DNA of 63,990 nt, the filler included, from Reticulomyxa filosa (taxonomy: Eukaryota > Protista > Foraminifera), in NCBI GenBank assembly GCA_000512085.1. It is 12 parts of 12 records of this genome, joined end to end, with 100 filler letters (N's around TTAATTAATTAA, not from the genome) between each part and the next. Parts side by side here need not be neighbours in the genome. Positions count along the whole stretch, not along the records: positions 48,895 to 51,875 come from ASPP01003784.1; positions 51,976 to 54,049 come from ASPP01038375.1; positions 54,150 to 55,495 come from ASPP01029119.1; positions 55,596 to 62,890 come from ASPP01044154.1; 8 more parts are not named here. One strand, 5' to 3'. The notes under the pieces were generated by a model. The model was not told the DNA's origin. It saw only the letters and a list, made by a program, of their open reading frames with translations, and ran no database searches. Both the position numbers and the translations under genes were made by a program. The stretch's first letter is position 1; each line of letters starts with the position of its first letter. Positions 48,895 to 62,089 of this stretch are shown piece by piece.

Positions 48895-51875
48895 GTATCT
48901 CTCATGGAGAGCGTTAGACTGCCTTTGATAAAAATCCAATTAGTGATAGTTTGTAAAACTTTTTTGTGCTCATTCTGCACATCAGAGGATAAGAGAAGAT
49001 CTATAACAATGCAATTCAATCTTTGAGCTTTGTATGTCTAACAAAATTGTAAAAAGAATATTTAGCAACAATAAATATTAACTTTGGTATTGACTATTCG
49101 AATAGGGTTCACATAAATTAATAAAAGGAAACGACTGTGAAATCATTTGGTCGCAAATATGGCGAGAGAAACTGTTGAGTGGAATCGAAGAATAATTATC
49201 CGTTTTGTGTTGTATGTTATTCACACAAGCATTTTCTCCATACAATCCGATGAATGGATTGAAAGAATTATTGTGAAGTGTCCTTGGACGCAACAAACTC
49301 AATACATTGCTTCTCTTTAATTTCCCAAAAAAAGGAAATTTCGTTCCAGCATGTGATGACGTAAATATAATCTCAATCCAATGGATCCCTTTCCACACAT
49401 AAAGCTGTTTCAAAAACCACACATACAAAGCATGTTCATACTGTTTATAACAACTACTGAAATCCAACAATAATTTACTCATTTCTTCCAGTGAATTAAA
49501 TACACGCTGGTTTTCCTCAAGTCGTGACAGATCAACATCCTCATTAGTCATATTACGAATAAGTTTAGTAACGTTCACCTTGACTTTTGAAATTTTCACA
49601 ACGCAGCCAAGATCAGAGATACTATTTTTATCACATAACTTTTTCCAATCTTTGCTGTCTTCATTTATTTTTTTCTTCAAAAGCATTAATTCCAAACAAC
49701 GATTCAACCATGTTGCCTCATCCGAATACAAAGCAAGGTTATTATTCAAATATCCGTGTGATACCATTTCTTTCAAAATTTGCATTTTGGGAATTAATTT
49801 ATTTCCAATTTTGGGATACAACTTTCGCAAAATTGAAATATATACATTACGTTTATCTGCATTCTTTTCAATTCTTTCCACATGTTTGATTGTGATGAGT
49901 AAATCTTGAATGAAATCAGAATATTTTTGTTGTGAGGTATTTCGATGAGTGGAATAACCTTGAAGGATATGATCAATTGATGTTTCATTTTCCAAAAAAT
50001 CATGCTCAATCAAATGTCTTTCTTCATTTATAAATTCACTTGTTTGTAAATATATAACCCCAAGACGTTGAATTTCAATTTTACGGACGCTTGTCAATAA
50101 CTCATTCACAAGATTTGTATTGTCATTTTGCAGGTGTTTAAGCAAGAAATTGAAAAGGGTTGAAATCGAAGTAGGAAAAGATAGTAGGCCTTCACTCATA
50201 GTACGATTTTCCTTGAATAGAATCGATTCCCAAAGAGATAGAGTCATTTGCACCAACCATTGTCCAGGTTGGGCTTCAGGAACATGTTCCTCCACATGTG
50301 CAAGTTTAGAACAGACAGATATTAAATATGCATAACGGAAAATGATGTGATGAAAATGATGTAGGTCACTTCAATCGTGGCAATAGTCAATCTGCTACAC
50401 AATAACAATGTCATAGACACAATCACATTTCGTAGAATGATTTGTTGATCTAGAGTGTGTAAATTCCGTGAAAATTCAAATCGAACCATGTCCATTGCAT
50501 ATTCGTGAGTTACTTCCAGAGAATATTCTACTTCCCAATTTGTTAACTTGTCATTTCCAATTGGTATTTGTTCCAACATTGTTGCATGTGAACTTAGGTC
50601 ATTGTTTGGCGATTTGGAATTTGCCGAAAGTTGTCGTTGACACCACAGATGAATAGAATAACTAAATGGAAACGAACATTGCAAACAAGTTCGAATCGAA
50701 TACAATTGAGGATTTATTACAGCCAACAGCAAGTGATTAGAGTCAATTTTAGCTGATCTCATTCTGACTAACTTTTCATTTTGTAATGCTTTCTCAAATA
50801 ATTGTTGATACTTCTTGCACTTCCTTTCACCTCTCCTTGCATTGGCTCCAACATATTCCTTGGATTATTGTTTATGTGTTGTATGTTGCAAATGGTGAAA
50901 TAAACAAAACAAAACAAAATGAAAATGTGACAAAACTGTAAAACCGCCATTTTGATAAATAGTGAATAACACATTGACAAAAGTCAAAGTTAACAAAGTA
51001 TCAATGATGTTCTGATATCTTTCAAAAAAAGATCCTTCCATCTTTTTCTTTCCACTTTTCTCTAAACCGTACAAAATATTTTTAATTGAATGATCGCCCA
51101 CGGCTTTGAATATGAGAGTCTTTAATCTCTCTCCAAGGATTTTGCACATTTACGAAATCCTTTGTCCTCAAACAACAATGATAAATGTTTTTTTTCTCTC
51201 ACAAGATTAACGGAGTGTGAGAAATGCAATTTCCCGAAAGCTCTGAGTGCGCATTTGGATAAGTTCTACAAAAACAACAGAAAGACAATATTCATTATTT
51301 ATTCAAAAAAAAATATGTTCAAGTTATTTTCTACCTGTTTGAATTGTCTATCAACCACTTTTCTCACTGGTTCTTTCAAATCTTTCTTCAATGATATTGT
51401 GTCCGTTGATAATAAATAATCAACATAAAAAATATTCCATTTTCTATTTTTTTAAAAAAAGAGGGACTCCATTTTTGTTTTGACAAAAAGGATTGTTTTT
51501 TGTAACTGTCGAAATATCAAAGGAAATGGTGATGTTTTGTTGGTATGGATCAGCAAAATAATCAATTTTTGTTTTTTACTATTTGTTGGTTCATTATAAA
51601 ATATATGATGTTCGAGCTGAAGAATATGAATGATTTGTTCCAATTGATCTTTACTGTCGGGCATGTAACGACATTGTAAGATCAAAACATCTTCCGAGGG
51701 CTCATCTTTGAAGAATTCTTTGACCGTTTTTTCAAATTGATTAACTTTTTTGAATGAAGAAATTTTTTTTGTACAGTGCATCCATTCCGTTGGGATATTA
51801 TGTTCCATATCATTTGTTATTACCATTGCCATTTGGTCTTTGGAGTTCTTTCGCTGAGTTACCACAATTGTCCCC
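48895..51875 (-). CDS. RNF213-like giant protein, internal fragment (post-AAA region), multi-exon
   Basis: ISSFKKVNQFEKTVKEFF..VLILQC..KLIILLIH..FPLIF, FPFSYSIHLW and LYVWFLKQLYVWKG occur in the same order as VIACD..LLLLIY..YPLMF, FPFSSHIHSL and LRYYLMVELWRRKG in the RZ-finger gene at 55596-62089. Confidence 0.55.
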
Positions 51876-51975
51876 NNNNNNNNNNNNNNNNNNNNNNNNN
51901 NNNNNNNNNNNNNNNNNNNTTAATTAATTAANNNNNNNNNNNNNNNNNNNNNNNNNNNNNNNNNNNNNNNNNNNN

Positions 51976-53147
51976 TAAAAGAACGTAGTAATTGAAAATC
52001 TAAAGTGGATGATGTGTTAGTAATTGATGGTGATGATGAATTATCATTAATAACATTTTGTTTTTGTTCTTCTTTATTTTCATTGATTTGTTCAAAATTT
52101 TGTTGTTGAATTATTTGTTTTTGTTTCAATTGAATTTCTTGTTTTATTTTTTGAATTTCACTATCTTTTGATTCGATATCTTTTTTTAATTTTTCCATCT
52201 CAACGAATGTTGTTTTCTGTTTAATTATTATTATTACTTGCTTTTGATATTTTTGAATCAAATGAAAACAAAAAGAAAAACATATCAAACTTGAGCCGAG
52301 TTTAATTGTAGATTGTCTTTTTGATATTGATCCAATTGTTGTTTCAAATGTGAGATCTCTTCATCTTTTTTCCCTCTCAATTGTAATTGCACTTTAAGTG
52401 TTTCATTTTCCAAATTTAATTTACTAATTTCTTCCTATTTTTATTTTTTTTCAAAATGATCATAGGTTTTTTTTTTTTGTTAAAATCATCAATAAATAAT
52501 GATACCTTATATTGTCGAATAATTTGTTGTAATGTATCAAGTGATTTGATAACCAAGTCAAAATGTAATTTCATATTTGATGTCAAATGATCATAAATTG
52601 CAGATTTTAAACATGTGTGATTGCATCCAAATGACTCAAACCAACATTTAGCCATTTGTAGACAACAAGAATGTTCCAAATGATCATTCACCTGTTTCAC
52701 TTTTCCTTTGAAATCACAAGTAACAATTCCAGGTGTTTCTCCTTCTTCATGTCCTTGTTGTGTTGACATTTGTAGTTGTTGTTCTTGTTCTTGTTCAAAT
52801 TGTCGTGGACATATCACATCCAATTCATTGACGTATCGTTTCGCCAATCGACTTTGAGAATACGAACAGTTTTCATGAGGTTCGACTGGACAAGAATTTG
52901 GGTTTTGACTAAGGAATTGATTCAAGCAATTCTCTCCAACAATCAATGATTCATCCATGTTTTTATGTCGAGAGCAATCGATTTCCATTGGGTTGTTGGT
53001 GACTTGTTTGCAAATCAAACAAATAAAGTCTTGAATGTCTTCCTGCTTGTTCAATTGTAAAATCCAATTTTTGTCAAAGCAAGCCTGTTGTTCAGTAATT
53101 GACTGCAAATCATTTTTTGCATTGTCTTTGCTTTTTTCTTCTTCCAT
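51976..53147 (-). CDS. Degenerate RING/TRAF-type zinc-finger plus coiled-coil protein, probably continuing into WD40 repeats; 3' partial
   Basis: CLICKQV..C..H..VGENCL..CPVEPH, VICPRQF, CDFKGKVKQVNDHLEHSC, CWFESFGC..C..DHL..H; Q/K/E coiled coil; ends DFQLLRSF at contig end. Confidence 0.8.
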
Positions 53148-55595
53148 CTTACTCAATTTCTTTCTTTTAGTTCTTGGTTTCTTAATTAGATGATGTAGAG
53201 GAATTAATTCTAGATTTTTTTTTTGAGTTTTTTTTGAAGTTTTTTTTGAACTGGGGATGTTTTGTTGTGGCCAAACCTAATTTTTTTTGTCAACAACTTT
53301 TCTAAATTTTTGTTATTGTTTTTACAAACTAATTATAAAAGTCAGTAAACCAGAAAAAATAATCACAATTTGATACTAAAATTTTCGTTAGAAAAACAAA
53401 AAGTTCATATTTTAGGGGTGGCTAATTTTTTTTTGTCGTAAATGTAACTTGTTAAAGATGGGATGTATATCTGATACAATTTGTTTAGAAAAATGGTAAT
53501 CACGTGTGGTGTTTCTTCTCCAAAAAAACCTTGCATTAATTGGAGTGACTCCAAAAAAGTGGTTTAGTTTTTTATGGAACAAACCCGATAAAAAAAGAAT
53601 CAAATCGCAATAATGCTTGCTCAATTATAGATTAATCTTTCATGATGTATCGTTTCTACTCTGCCTCTAAATGCATTTAAGAAACATTCATACTCGGTCA
53701 AAAAGAAAGTCCATTTTTCTATTATGTAGGTTTTGACTGTTTAATGAAAAATCATGAGAAACTCACAGATTATTTGTTTTCTTTACGTAGAAGTGATTCA
53801 CAATATCAATTTCTTTGAATTAAAATTTTGAAAGTGGTAAGTTGCTTAAAATGAACATTGTATTTCAATGGTAATTATAAAATACTTCAAATAGCGAATT
53901 GTTATTATAGGTTATCATTGTGCTTTTGAAATCAATAAATTTGCGTCTCTATTATAGATAACTCTGTAATTAAGTGTCAAAAGTGATCTAAGAGATCAAG
54001 ATTGTTTTTTTTAAGGTTTTTTTCAATCTGCTTTTGGTTGAAATTGTAANNNNNNNNNNNNNNNNNNNNNNNNNNNNNNNNNNNNNNNNNNNNTTAATTA
54101 ATTAANNNNNNNNNNNNNNNNNNNNNNNNNNNNNNNNNNNNNNNNNNNNTGCCATTGCTGTTACTGTTGCCATCGCTGGGAACTCGCTTCAGTACCAATG
54201 ACAATGTATACAGCAAAAACTTGTCCATCAACATTACAAAATTTCATTGTTAGAATTTGGAATATCTATTAAAATATTTCAAGCAACACATATCACATAT
54301 ACGTATAAAGATGTTGCTATTAAATATTGAATATGTATATATATTTAAAAAAAAATGTATATGTATATAAAAACTTTTTCAAGCAATGGACCCACACATG
54401 ATGAACATGAACTTGGAACAGGTGCAAATAAATAAACAACCAAGACCGTGTGGAAAGGAGATGAGGGGATCAATTTCTGGCATAGAGTATGTGTACGTAT
54501 CCGCCCAGTGCTACCAACATTGTCAATATCCAAACTTTTTTCTTGACAAATAATGAGCGGCTTTCGAATCGTCGATCCAATTATAGACTTGCGCATTTGT
54601 TATAAAAAAACAACAACATTAGCTTTTCCGTGCACACTAAATCAAATCGTGGAATATAGCATCATCAACATATTGAAACAATTGACAAATGAGTAAACGA
54701 AGACATGGACTGCGTTTTGTCATTATCATTATAAGCATCACTGGCGCTGTGCTTGATATTTATACCAGGAAAGAAGTTTCTATGGAGCACACTATGAAAT
54801 TAGTCCGTGCAAGAGTGCGCAAAGCCGCCATTTGATAACTGAAGTTGATATACGATCTTTTTTATTTTTTAAAATAAATCCAACGCGGTATCTTCGGAAT
54901 CTTCTTTCTATTCATTATCTCATATCTTCCTCTTCTTGTTTGCTGGTGATATTGGCTTGAGTTTCGCAAAATTCATCCATCAAATTTAGCAACGGCATTG
55001 GAGTATAGTTCAATATGAGAGTGGCTTACTCGACCGCCAGTGCGATTGTTATTTTCTACAACGTTTGCGTCCTCTTATTGTTTGTCTTCTATTTCTTCTA
55101 CCAATCTAGTTATTGTTGTTGCGATACCGCAATATCAATATAGCTTACATTTTGCGTGATATTATCACATCTTTTTTTTTCTTTCTTCTTGACAAGCTCA
55201 CTTTCATAATCGAACAGGCCAAGGTCTAGATCGTCGGCGATTGAAATAGTGAGAATTCTTTTCCAACTGTTTCAATACCATCCATATAATTGATATTTTC
55301 TAAAAATTACCAAATTCATTCGCTATACTCACCCTTATAATGATATACACACTTTGGCCTTGGATAACTTTTGTTATTGGAAATTCTCGCATCCATTACC
55401 ATACGTCCATTCAACAATTTTTGAATTGATGATCAGATGAAAAGGAGTATCGTTTGTATTTCCTTTTTTAGACGTATTCGTTCTTGTGATCCCGGNNNNN
55501 NNNNNNNNNNNNNNNNNNNNNNNNNNNNNNNNNNNNNNNTTAATTAATTAANNNNNNNNNNNNNNNNNNNNNNNNNNNNNNNNNNNNNNNNNNNN

Positions 55596-58500
55596 ATAAT
55601 GTATTGGTTATTGCCTGTGATCCAGTGACAAATGATTCAATGTTGATGCATTATCTACATGCACAATATCTTATCGAGAAAGCATTTGTTGGTCATTTGA
55701 AAGGCTCTTCCGATAAGAGTAGTGGTGTTATGAAAACTTTACTTCTGCTTATATATGCTAATCGTGTGTATGAAAAACCTTCCAAAGATCGAAATGCACA
55801 TCCAACATATCCATTGATGTTTAGCAACATGTGGAAACATCTGTTCGTAGATGCACTTTTGCCTGCAGATCATGTAAATGAGGTACAAATCCATGATATC
55901 AATCTTTATGATTCACAAGCACCTGCACTTATCCATAGACGAATTCAACCAACCAGGTTTTCTTTTTTTATTTGTATTTATGAAATACAAAAACAATACA
56001 TAATGAACAATCATATATAAAAAACAATAAATAGCTCCAAGTTGTTAAGTGATTCATTGGAACGTGCATTGAATGCCATCGATTTCAATCCCATAAACAA
56101 GTGGTATCAAGAGATTGAACTGTTACAAAATTACCTAAGCACAGATTCTGCGGATGGTGGAGAGCTACAAAAGCTCTTGGACAAACGCTTACAAGAGGTA
56201 TTAGCAAATGCAGATAATGGAGCTATCTCTTGCTTAAAAAAAACAGTAAAAGAATCTTTTGGAGAACGAAAATCACTTCGAAGTCAATTTATGGCAAATT
56301 TGGCACAAAACATACAATTCCTGTTGGTAGAACTTTTACTGGTGATTTTCGAAAACCGAAATATTCGATTGTATTGCAATAAAGATATTAACGACAAACA
56401 AATCAACAAATTGTTTTTGCAAATTCTCGAAGAACCAAAAATTGTGCGATTGTCACACAAGGAAGATAATTCCAAAGTGTCTCCAAAAGATGAACTGCCA
56501 AATGGAAATCAGTTCCCATTTAGTAGTCATATTCATAGCTTATTCTCGTCTATTCGTAGCTATTCTTTTAATGTATTTGAACGTACAAAACAAAGTAGTC
56601 CGGAATCTGTAACATTCATTGGGTTTTTAGTAACACACATTCGTAATTGGATCCAAACATTATCATTGAATTGGTTGAATGACTTGTCAGAAGAGATGAA
56701 GAAAAGATTGTTACATGATATTGTGCATTTAGAAGGAAATGATATCTTTGGTTTACGTCGCTTTTCTGGCGATAGGTGTGTAATACTTATCAAAAATGTT
56801 TGTTCTTTTGTTGAACTTGCCGCGGCAGATGCAATGCAACAATTTGGAAGATCGGGGACTACGATACAAAGCTCGACCTCAAACAGTGCCGAAAAGGGTT
56901 CTTCTGGTCATGTTAAAAAAGCAAGTGCTGGAAATGTATCACAAGAAGAAGAAAATGATGGTAACAGCTCGGATGAAGACATATGGGCGCAAGCACGCGC
57001 ACAACAAGAGATGGAGTCTTCAGCTCAGTATTTCGTAGCTGTTGAAGATGAAAAGAGGGAAGATGATGAAATTATTGATTTTGGTGATGAAGAGGAAGCA
57101 AAAGAAGAAAAACAAGAAAAAATTAACCCATTCCAAGTATCGGAAATATATGCTGTGTTATGGTCACAACGAGAAGTTTTATGTGATTTCATCGATGTTT
57201 TATCAGCATTCCAAAGTCGTTCCACTAGAGAATTGGACAAAATTTCTCAAAGTTTTTTTTTGTTGTTCACAAGCATTCAAACAAAAGATAGTAATTAATT
57301 TGTGTGTGTGTTTTGTTTATTAACTTTTGGTAGTTTGGGATGAAAAATTGAATGTATATGAGTCAGTGGGTAAAATATTAATAATTGTATTGGAATATCT
57401 TGAGAAATCTTTGGAGACAACAGCTGCAGACAAAATGAAAGACAAGTTGAATTATTTGATTTATATCTCACAGGCATTCCATCGATTGGTTCAATGGTTA
57501 CATGAAGGATGCAAAAACAAGAATTTTACACGAGAAGTAAGTCAACGATGGGATTTGTTACGATTATGTGTGTTATGTGTCATTGCAAATAATCATCAAA
57601 TTCAAAGTATTCAATTTATTTCTTTAATTCGAAAGCAATTTGAACTCTGCCAATTTGATAACTTTGAATCTTTGAATACACTATTGAAACATGTTGGTCA
57701 AGCATTGAAGCAAAATGCGTTTGATTCTGAGAAAAAAGACGAAGCATTACAGTGGTTGGTACAAAGCTATGTAAGTACATTTGTATTGAAAGATGGACAC
57801 ATTCAGAACCCGCAAATCACATATCAAATCCGTGATGATTTTTCAGAAAAATTTATTAAATGGATCGTAGGAGAAAAGATTGAGTTTGTAATTGAAGCGA
57901 ATCAATTTACAAAAATAGAAGCAATTACACAAATACTCAACTTGCTGCGAATCAAAGATAAATACAAAAACATAAGACAATTCATGGTGAATCAAACTCA
58001 AACCTGTAATTTGAACAGTGAGTTTGCTGTTTTGTTAATACGTGCCGAAGAACAGTCTTTACATTTCCAAGGACATATGCATCATCAATTTTTGACACAA
58101 CAAGATAAAGTCAATTGGGATGAAATGGCCCAATTGTCTAAAAAATTGGTAGATAGAATAAAAGAAAATGTAATAATTGACATTTTATTAACTGTTGCAG
58201 AGTGCAAGATGTGGACATATTATTTGTCTCATTATTTAAGTCCAACTCTAGATGGTCCATTTAAATATGGCAGTAATGGTATTGAGAAAGAGCTGTCAAG
58301 AAACAGAGAGACATATTTGAGTTCAGAACAATGCAAAGCTATTGGAGAATTGTATCATGTTGATAAAAGAAAAATGACTGAAATGGAATGGAAGATACGT
58401 CAAGGTTTGAGATATTACTTGATGGTTGAATTATGGAGAAGGAAAGGGTCACAAGCAGCACTTTATTTGAGTGATAAAAAATTTAAACAATTGTTTGAGT

Positions 58501-61500
58501 TTGATATGCAAGTTAATGCACCAGATCCAAGTGCACCAACTCCTGCCAAAAATGTACCTTGAATAACATATTTCTTTTACTGCAAGACTGTGAAGACCAG
58601 AAATTAAGGGAACAATATACCCAAGTTCAAACATTATTTTCCAATGCTTTAAAGTCCCAGCAATTGGACTGGAGTGGGTTTGAACGGCGACATTTTGTAT
58701 ATTTAATTGCAAATATCTTTAATGAAGTGTATTTGAAAAAAGGTGTAAAAGACACCAAAATGATAACCACGTTCCTCAACAGTCAGTTGAAATCCCTTGA
58801 TTCTAGCACTGCGAGATTTTGGAATTTTGCAACGCCACCGGTCGCTGACAAGAAAGATAGCCACTTGATTTGCCCCGACATTCGTTCTCAGGGACGCTTG
58901 TCTTATTTGATTGCACAGTTTTGTTGTATTTTTTTTTATTGTTGTTTGTTTGAAGGAAATAGGAAAAAGATAATTTTGTGTATTTAAAATGAAATGAAAT
59001 GATTCAGACTAACAAAAGCTGATTCTGAATATCCACCTTTCAAGAATTTCGAAGGAAAAGCGACATTGGAAGATGTACAAATGTATCGATTAGGCTGGCA
59101 TCTTATTGCAGTAATTTTGTCTCTGCCATCCTCACCATTCAGCATACTGTTCCATCAACCAAATGCATATAAAAAAAAGTATTTGTTAGCAATGCCAGAC
59201 GATCAAAACACTTCGTTATTGCAAGCTATGAAAGGCTATGGCGCTTGGTTGTGTCCTAATGATCATATATATTTTGTGGACAATTGCACAAGAACAAAAG
59301 AAAGTGGTAAATGTCCTACTTGCAACGAAACTATTGGAAATCAAGCATTGTTTTTTGCTCATGTTGCTGCTTCTGGAAATCGAAAATTGGGCATTGTACA
59401 AGAAGATGGGACTATTTTGCCTGATGATAAAGGAGCAAATCGTGGAACTGTAAAATTTCAATCTCATTTGCTTATACCAACTGGATACGTTGTGATGGAA
59501 GGTGCAATGGATGTAAAATGCAGAAATTTTGATGAGCAATCCATCCAAATCGCAAGATGCTTAGTCAATTTGATTTTATTTATGCATCATCTGTGTGCTG
59601 AAAAATCTGATTGTTCCAGGTTATACTTGTGTTTGTATTTTAATATGAATTGTTTGCTTATTTATTGAATAAATAAATAAAATCACAAATAGTTTGACTG
59701 GATTGGCCAATCCTGGAGATGCATTGAAGAAGATGCTAGTAATGCATTTGACCAAAATTGAAACAATAGTTGGGACATCGTCGAGAGAGAACACTTATTT
59801 TTTGCTTCATTCGATTATTCATCGTTTCTATTTGACTTTTGAAAAGCAATTTATCATTGGCTTGGAAGATTTGTCAATAGAAGGTCGCAAAAAATTTGAA
59901 ACATATTTGATCTCCAAATGCATTAATCCAATGGTCCAAAGCAAAGATGAGAGTATTTGCAGAACGAGGGAACAGACGGATCTTCATCCGGAATGTAGAT
60001 TTTGGGGAAGACGTGTGGAAGAGAGATTTCGCTCAAAAACAGATGAGTTGAAAGATTTTGAAGAAAACTATCTCCCAAATGTATTTTTACCATTTCGAGC
60101 TGTAACATTGTCTGAGTTTCGACACTTTGTCTCGCAAGATCCTTTGAACGAATTCAAATATCCAATTCTCTGGGGTATTTTGGAGACAATTGATATGCCC
60201 AATGGATTTTCTATTTTCGCCTTGAAATACTTGCCATCGATGATTCAATGGATGAAATTTATTCATTCCCATTTTAATAATCGTTTGACACAAGAACAAG
60301 TCGAAAAAAAGCCAAGAGAATTTTCAGTAAAATATGCACTGCAACGTCGTAAAGAAAACAATTGGGACGACGAAGTCAAATGGAATAAGGCGTGGCAAGG
60401 ATTTGTAGAGGGATGGAACCATGTTGTTTCTTGCGTCACCTCAGATCGCACCAAAAAGGGACAGAAAATCGCAAATACAAAGTCTGACAAGGACAATAAC
60501 AATGACGAAAAAAAAGAAAATGCAGGCAACAACGAAGACGAAAAAGAACAATCAACAACAGGACCGATGGACTTGGGATTGGGAGATTTTCGAAATTATT
60601 TGGTGATTGAAGATGCTTTAAACCAATATGAGGTTGTACCTTTTCCAAAGATTGTTGGTACTGGACCAAGTGGTGAAATACAACCAGAAGATGTTCCATT
60701 GTGGACCGCCATGGAGTGTGGAACTGGAGGATCATTGCCAACCAGTAAAATGATTCGTTTGATCTTGGATCACTTGGTCACTATCAATAATTCTTGTTTG
60801 ATGAAGTGTCATCAGTTTACTTTTCTTTTTTTTTTTTTTAATTTGTCAAGGGATTGAGAACAAAAGAAATAAATTAAAAAAATAAAAAAAGATTACGTTC
60901 ATTGAATGATGACGAAGAAGCAGTTGAAGCCAATGCAATTGGGAATATCATGATTACACATATTTCAAGTGAAAAAGACGTTGTTGAACTTGATGAAAAT
61001 CGATTTTTACAGTTTCAAATATACACTCCAACTTTTATATATAGAGACTGTATGTAATGTGTGATAAATAATAATAATAATGATGATAACAGAGAGATCC
61101 AACAATGTACGACTCAAAAACTTGAATATGGAAACAACAAACCATTCAATTTCAATTTAATGCTGTTGGAAAGCCGATTGAAAGGAAATTATATCACTGG
61201 TAGGAAATTCATTACATTTTCATTGAATGAGTTATTCTTTGAATTGGCAGGACAGTATGATATTCGGCAAGTGATTGCACAGATCGAAGACAAATACGAA
61301 AAAATAGAAAAAAAAAATTATTTCCATCCATTGACAGAAGAAATACTCCAAAACTTGAAAAATAAAATTGAAAAGCATGCAGAGTTTTCCACGAGCAGAA
61401 CACAAGAATCGATTGATACCATCGAAAAAGACTACAAACAAGCAACAAAAAAAAAAATGTTAGTTGCATATAAAACCGCCAAACAATCAGTAGAACAGGT

Positions 61501-62089
61501 ATTGATTTGGCTTAATCGGCAAAAGTCAATTCCTGATGGAGGTAGTCTGATCATTAGTAGTTATATGAAAGACTTTTTACATTTACAGCAAGATGAATAT
61601 GGTCCTTTTACTCGAACAAATGAACTTTGCTTGAGACATTGTGATGGCGTGTGGAAATTCTTGGAACGAATGCATATGCTTACAGAAAATATATGGCATT
61701 GCATGCCTGAGACATTGATGGATTTATATAAGTTATCTTTATTTTTTTTTTCACTCGTAAAATATAATTTACAAATATTTTTTTATATCTTTAGAGTCCC
61801 AGTGCCAGATAATTTGAAAACTATATTGCGCAGCATTGTTACTGGGAATGAAAGTACGTTAATATGGGAACTTCTTATGAAATGGAAAAAATTATTGGAG
61901 TGTGTATTAAGTCAAACGGACTATAGAAACGCCTCTAAGATCGCTCTCAAACATTATCTGACCGAGGCCACATGTGAAAAGTCATATGATTTAGTTGCAT
62001 CACTCCCTAATGAATTAATGCTTGTGCATGCTGGTCATAGCTTTGTTTATTGTGCAGAAGTCTTTCAAGAACAACATTCAATAAAATAA
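55596..62089 (+). CDS. RNF213 (mysterin)-like protein, C-terminal half with RZ-type zinc finger; 5' partial, multi-exon
   Basis: Chain of long + ORFs. YLLAMPDD followed by WLCPNDHIYFVDNCTRTKESGKCPTCNETIG (RZ finger); ALKYLPSMIQW, WQGFVEGWN, LVTINN and LEYGNN..FNLMLLE resemble the RNF213 C-terminal region. Confidence 0.8.

Noticed and set aside
54150-55495. Coding-like, moderately GC-rich contig
   Set aside because: All frames are broken and I recognise no motif; probably a decayed gene or TE and needs TBLASTX.
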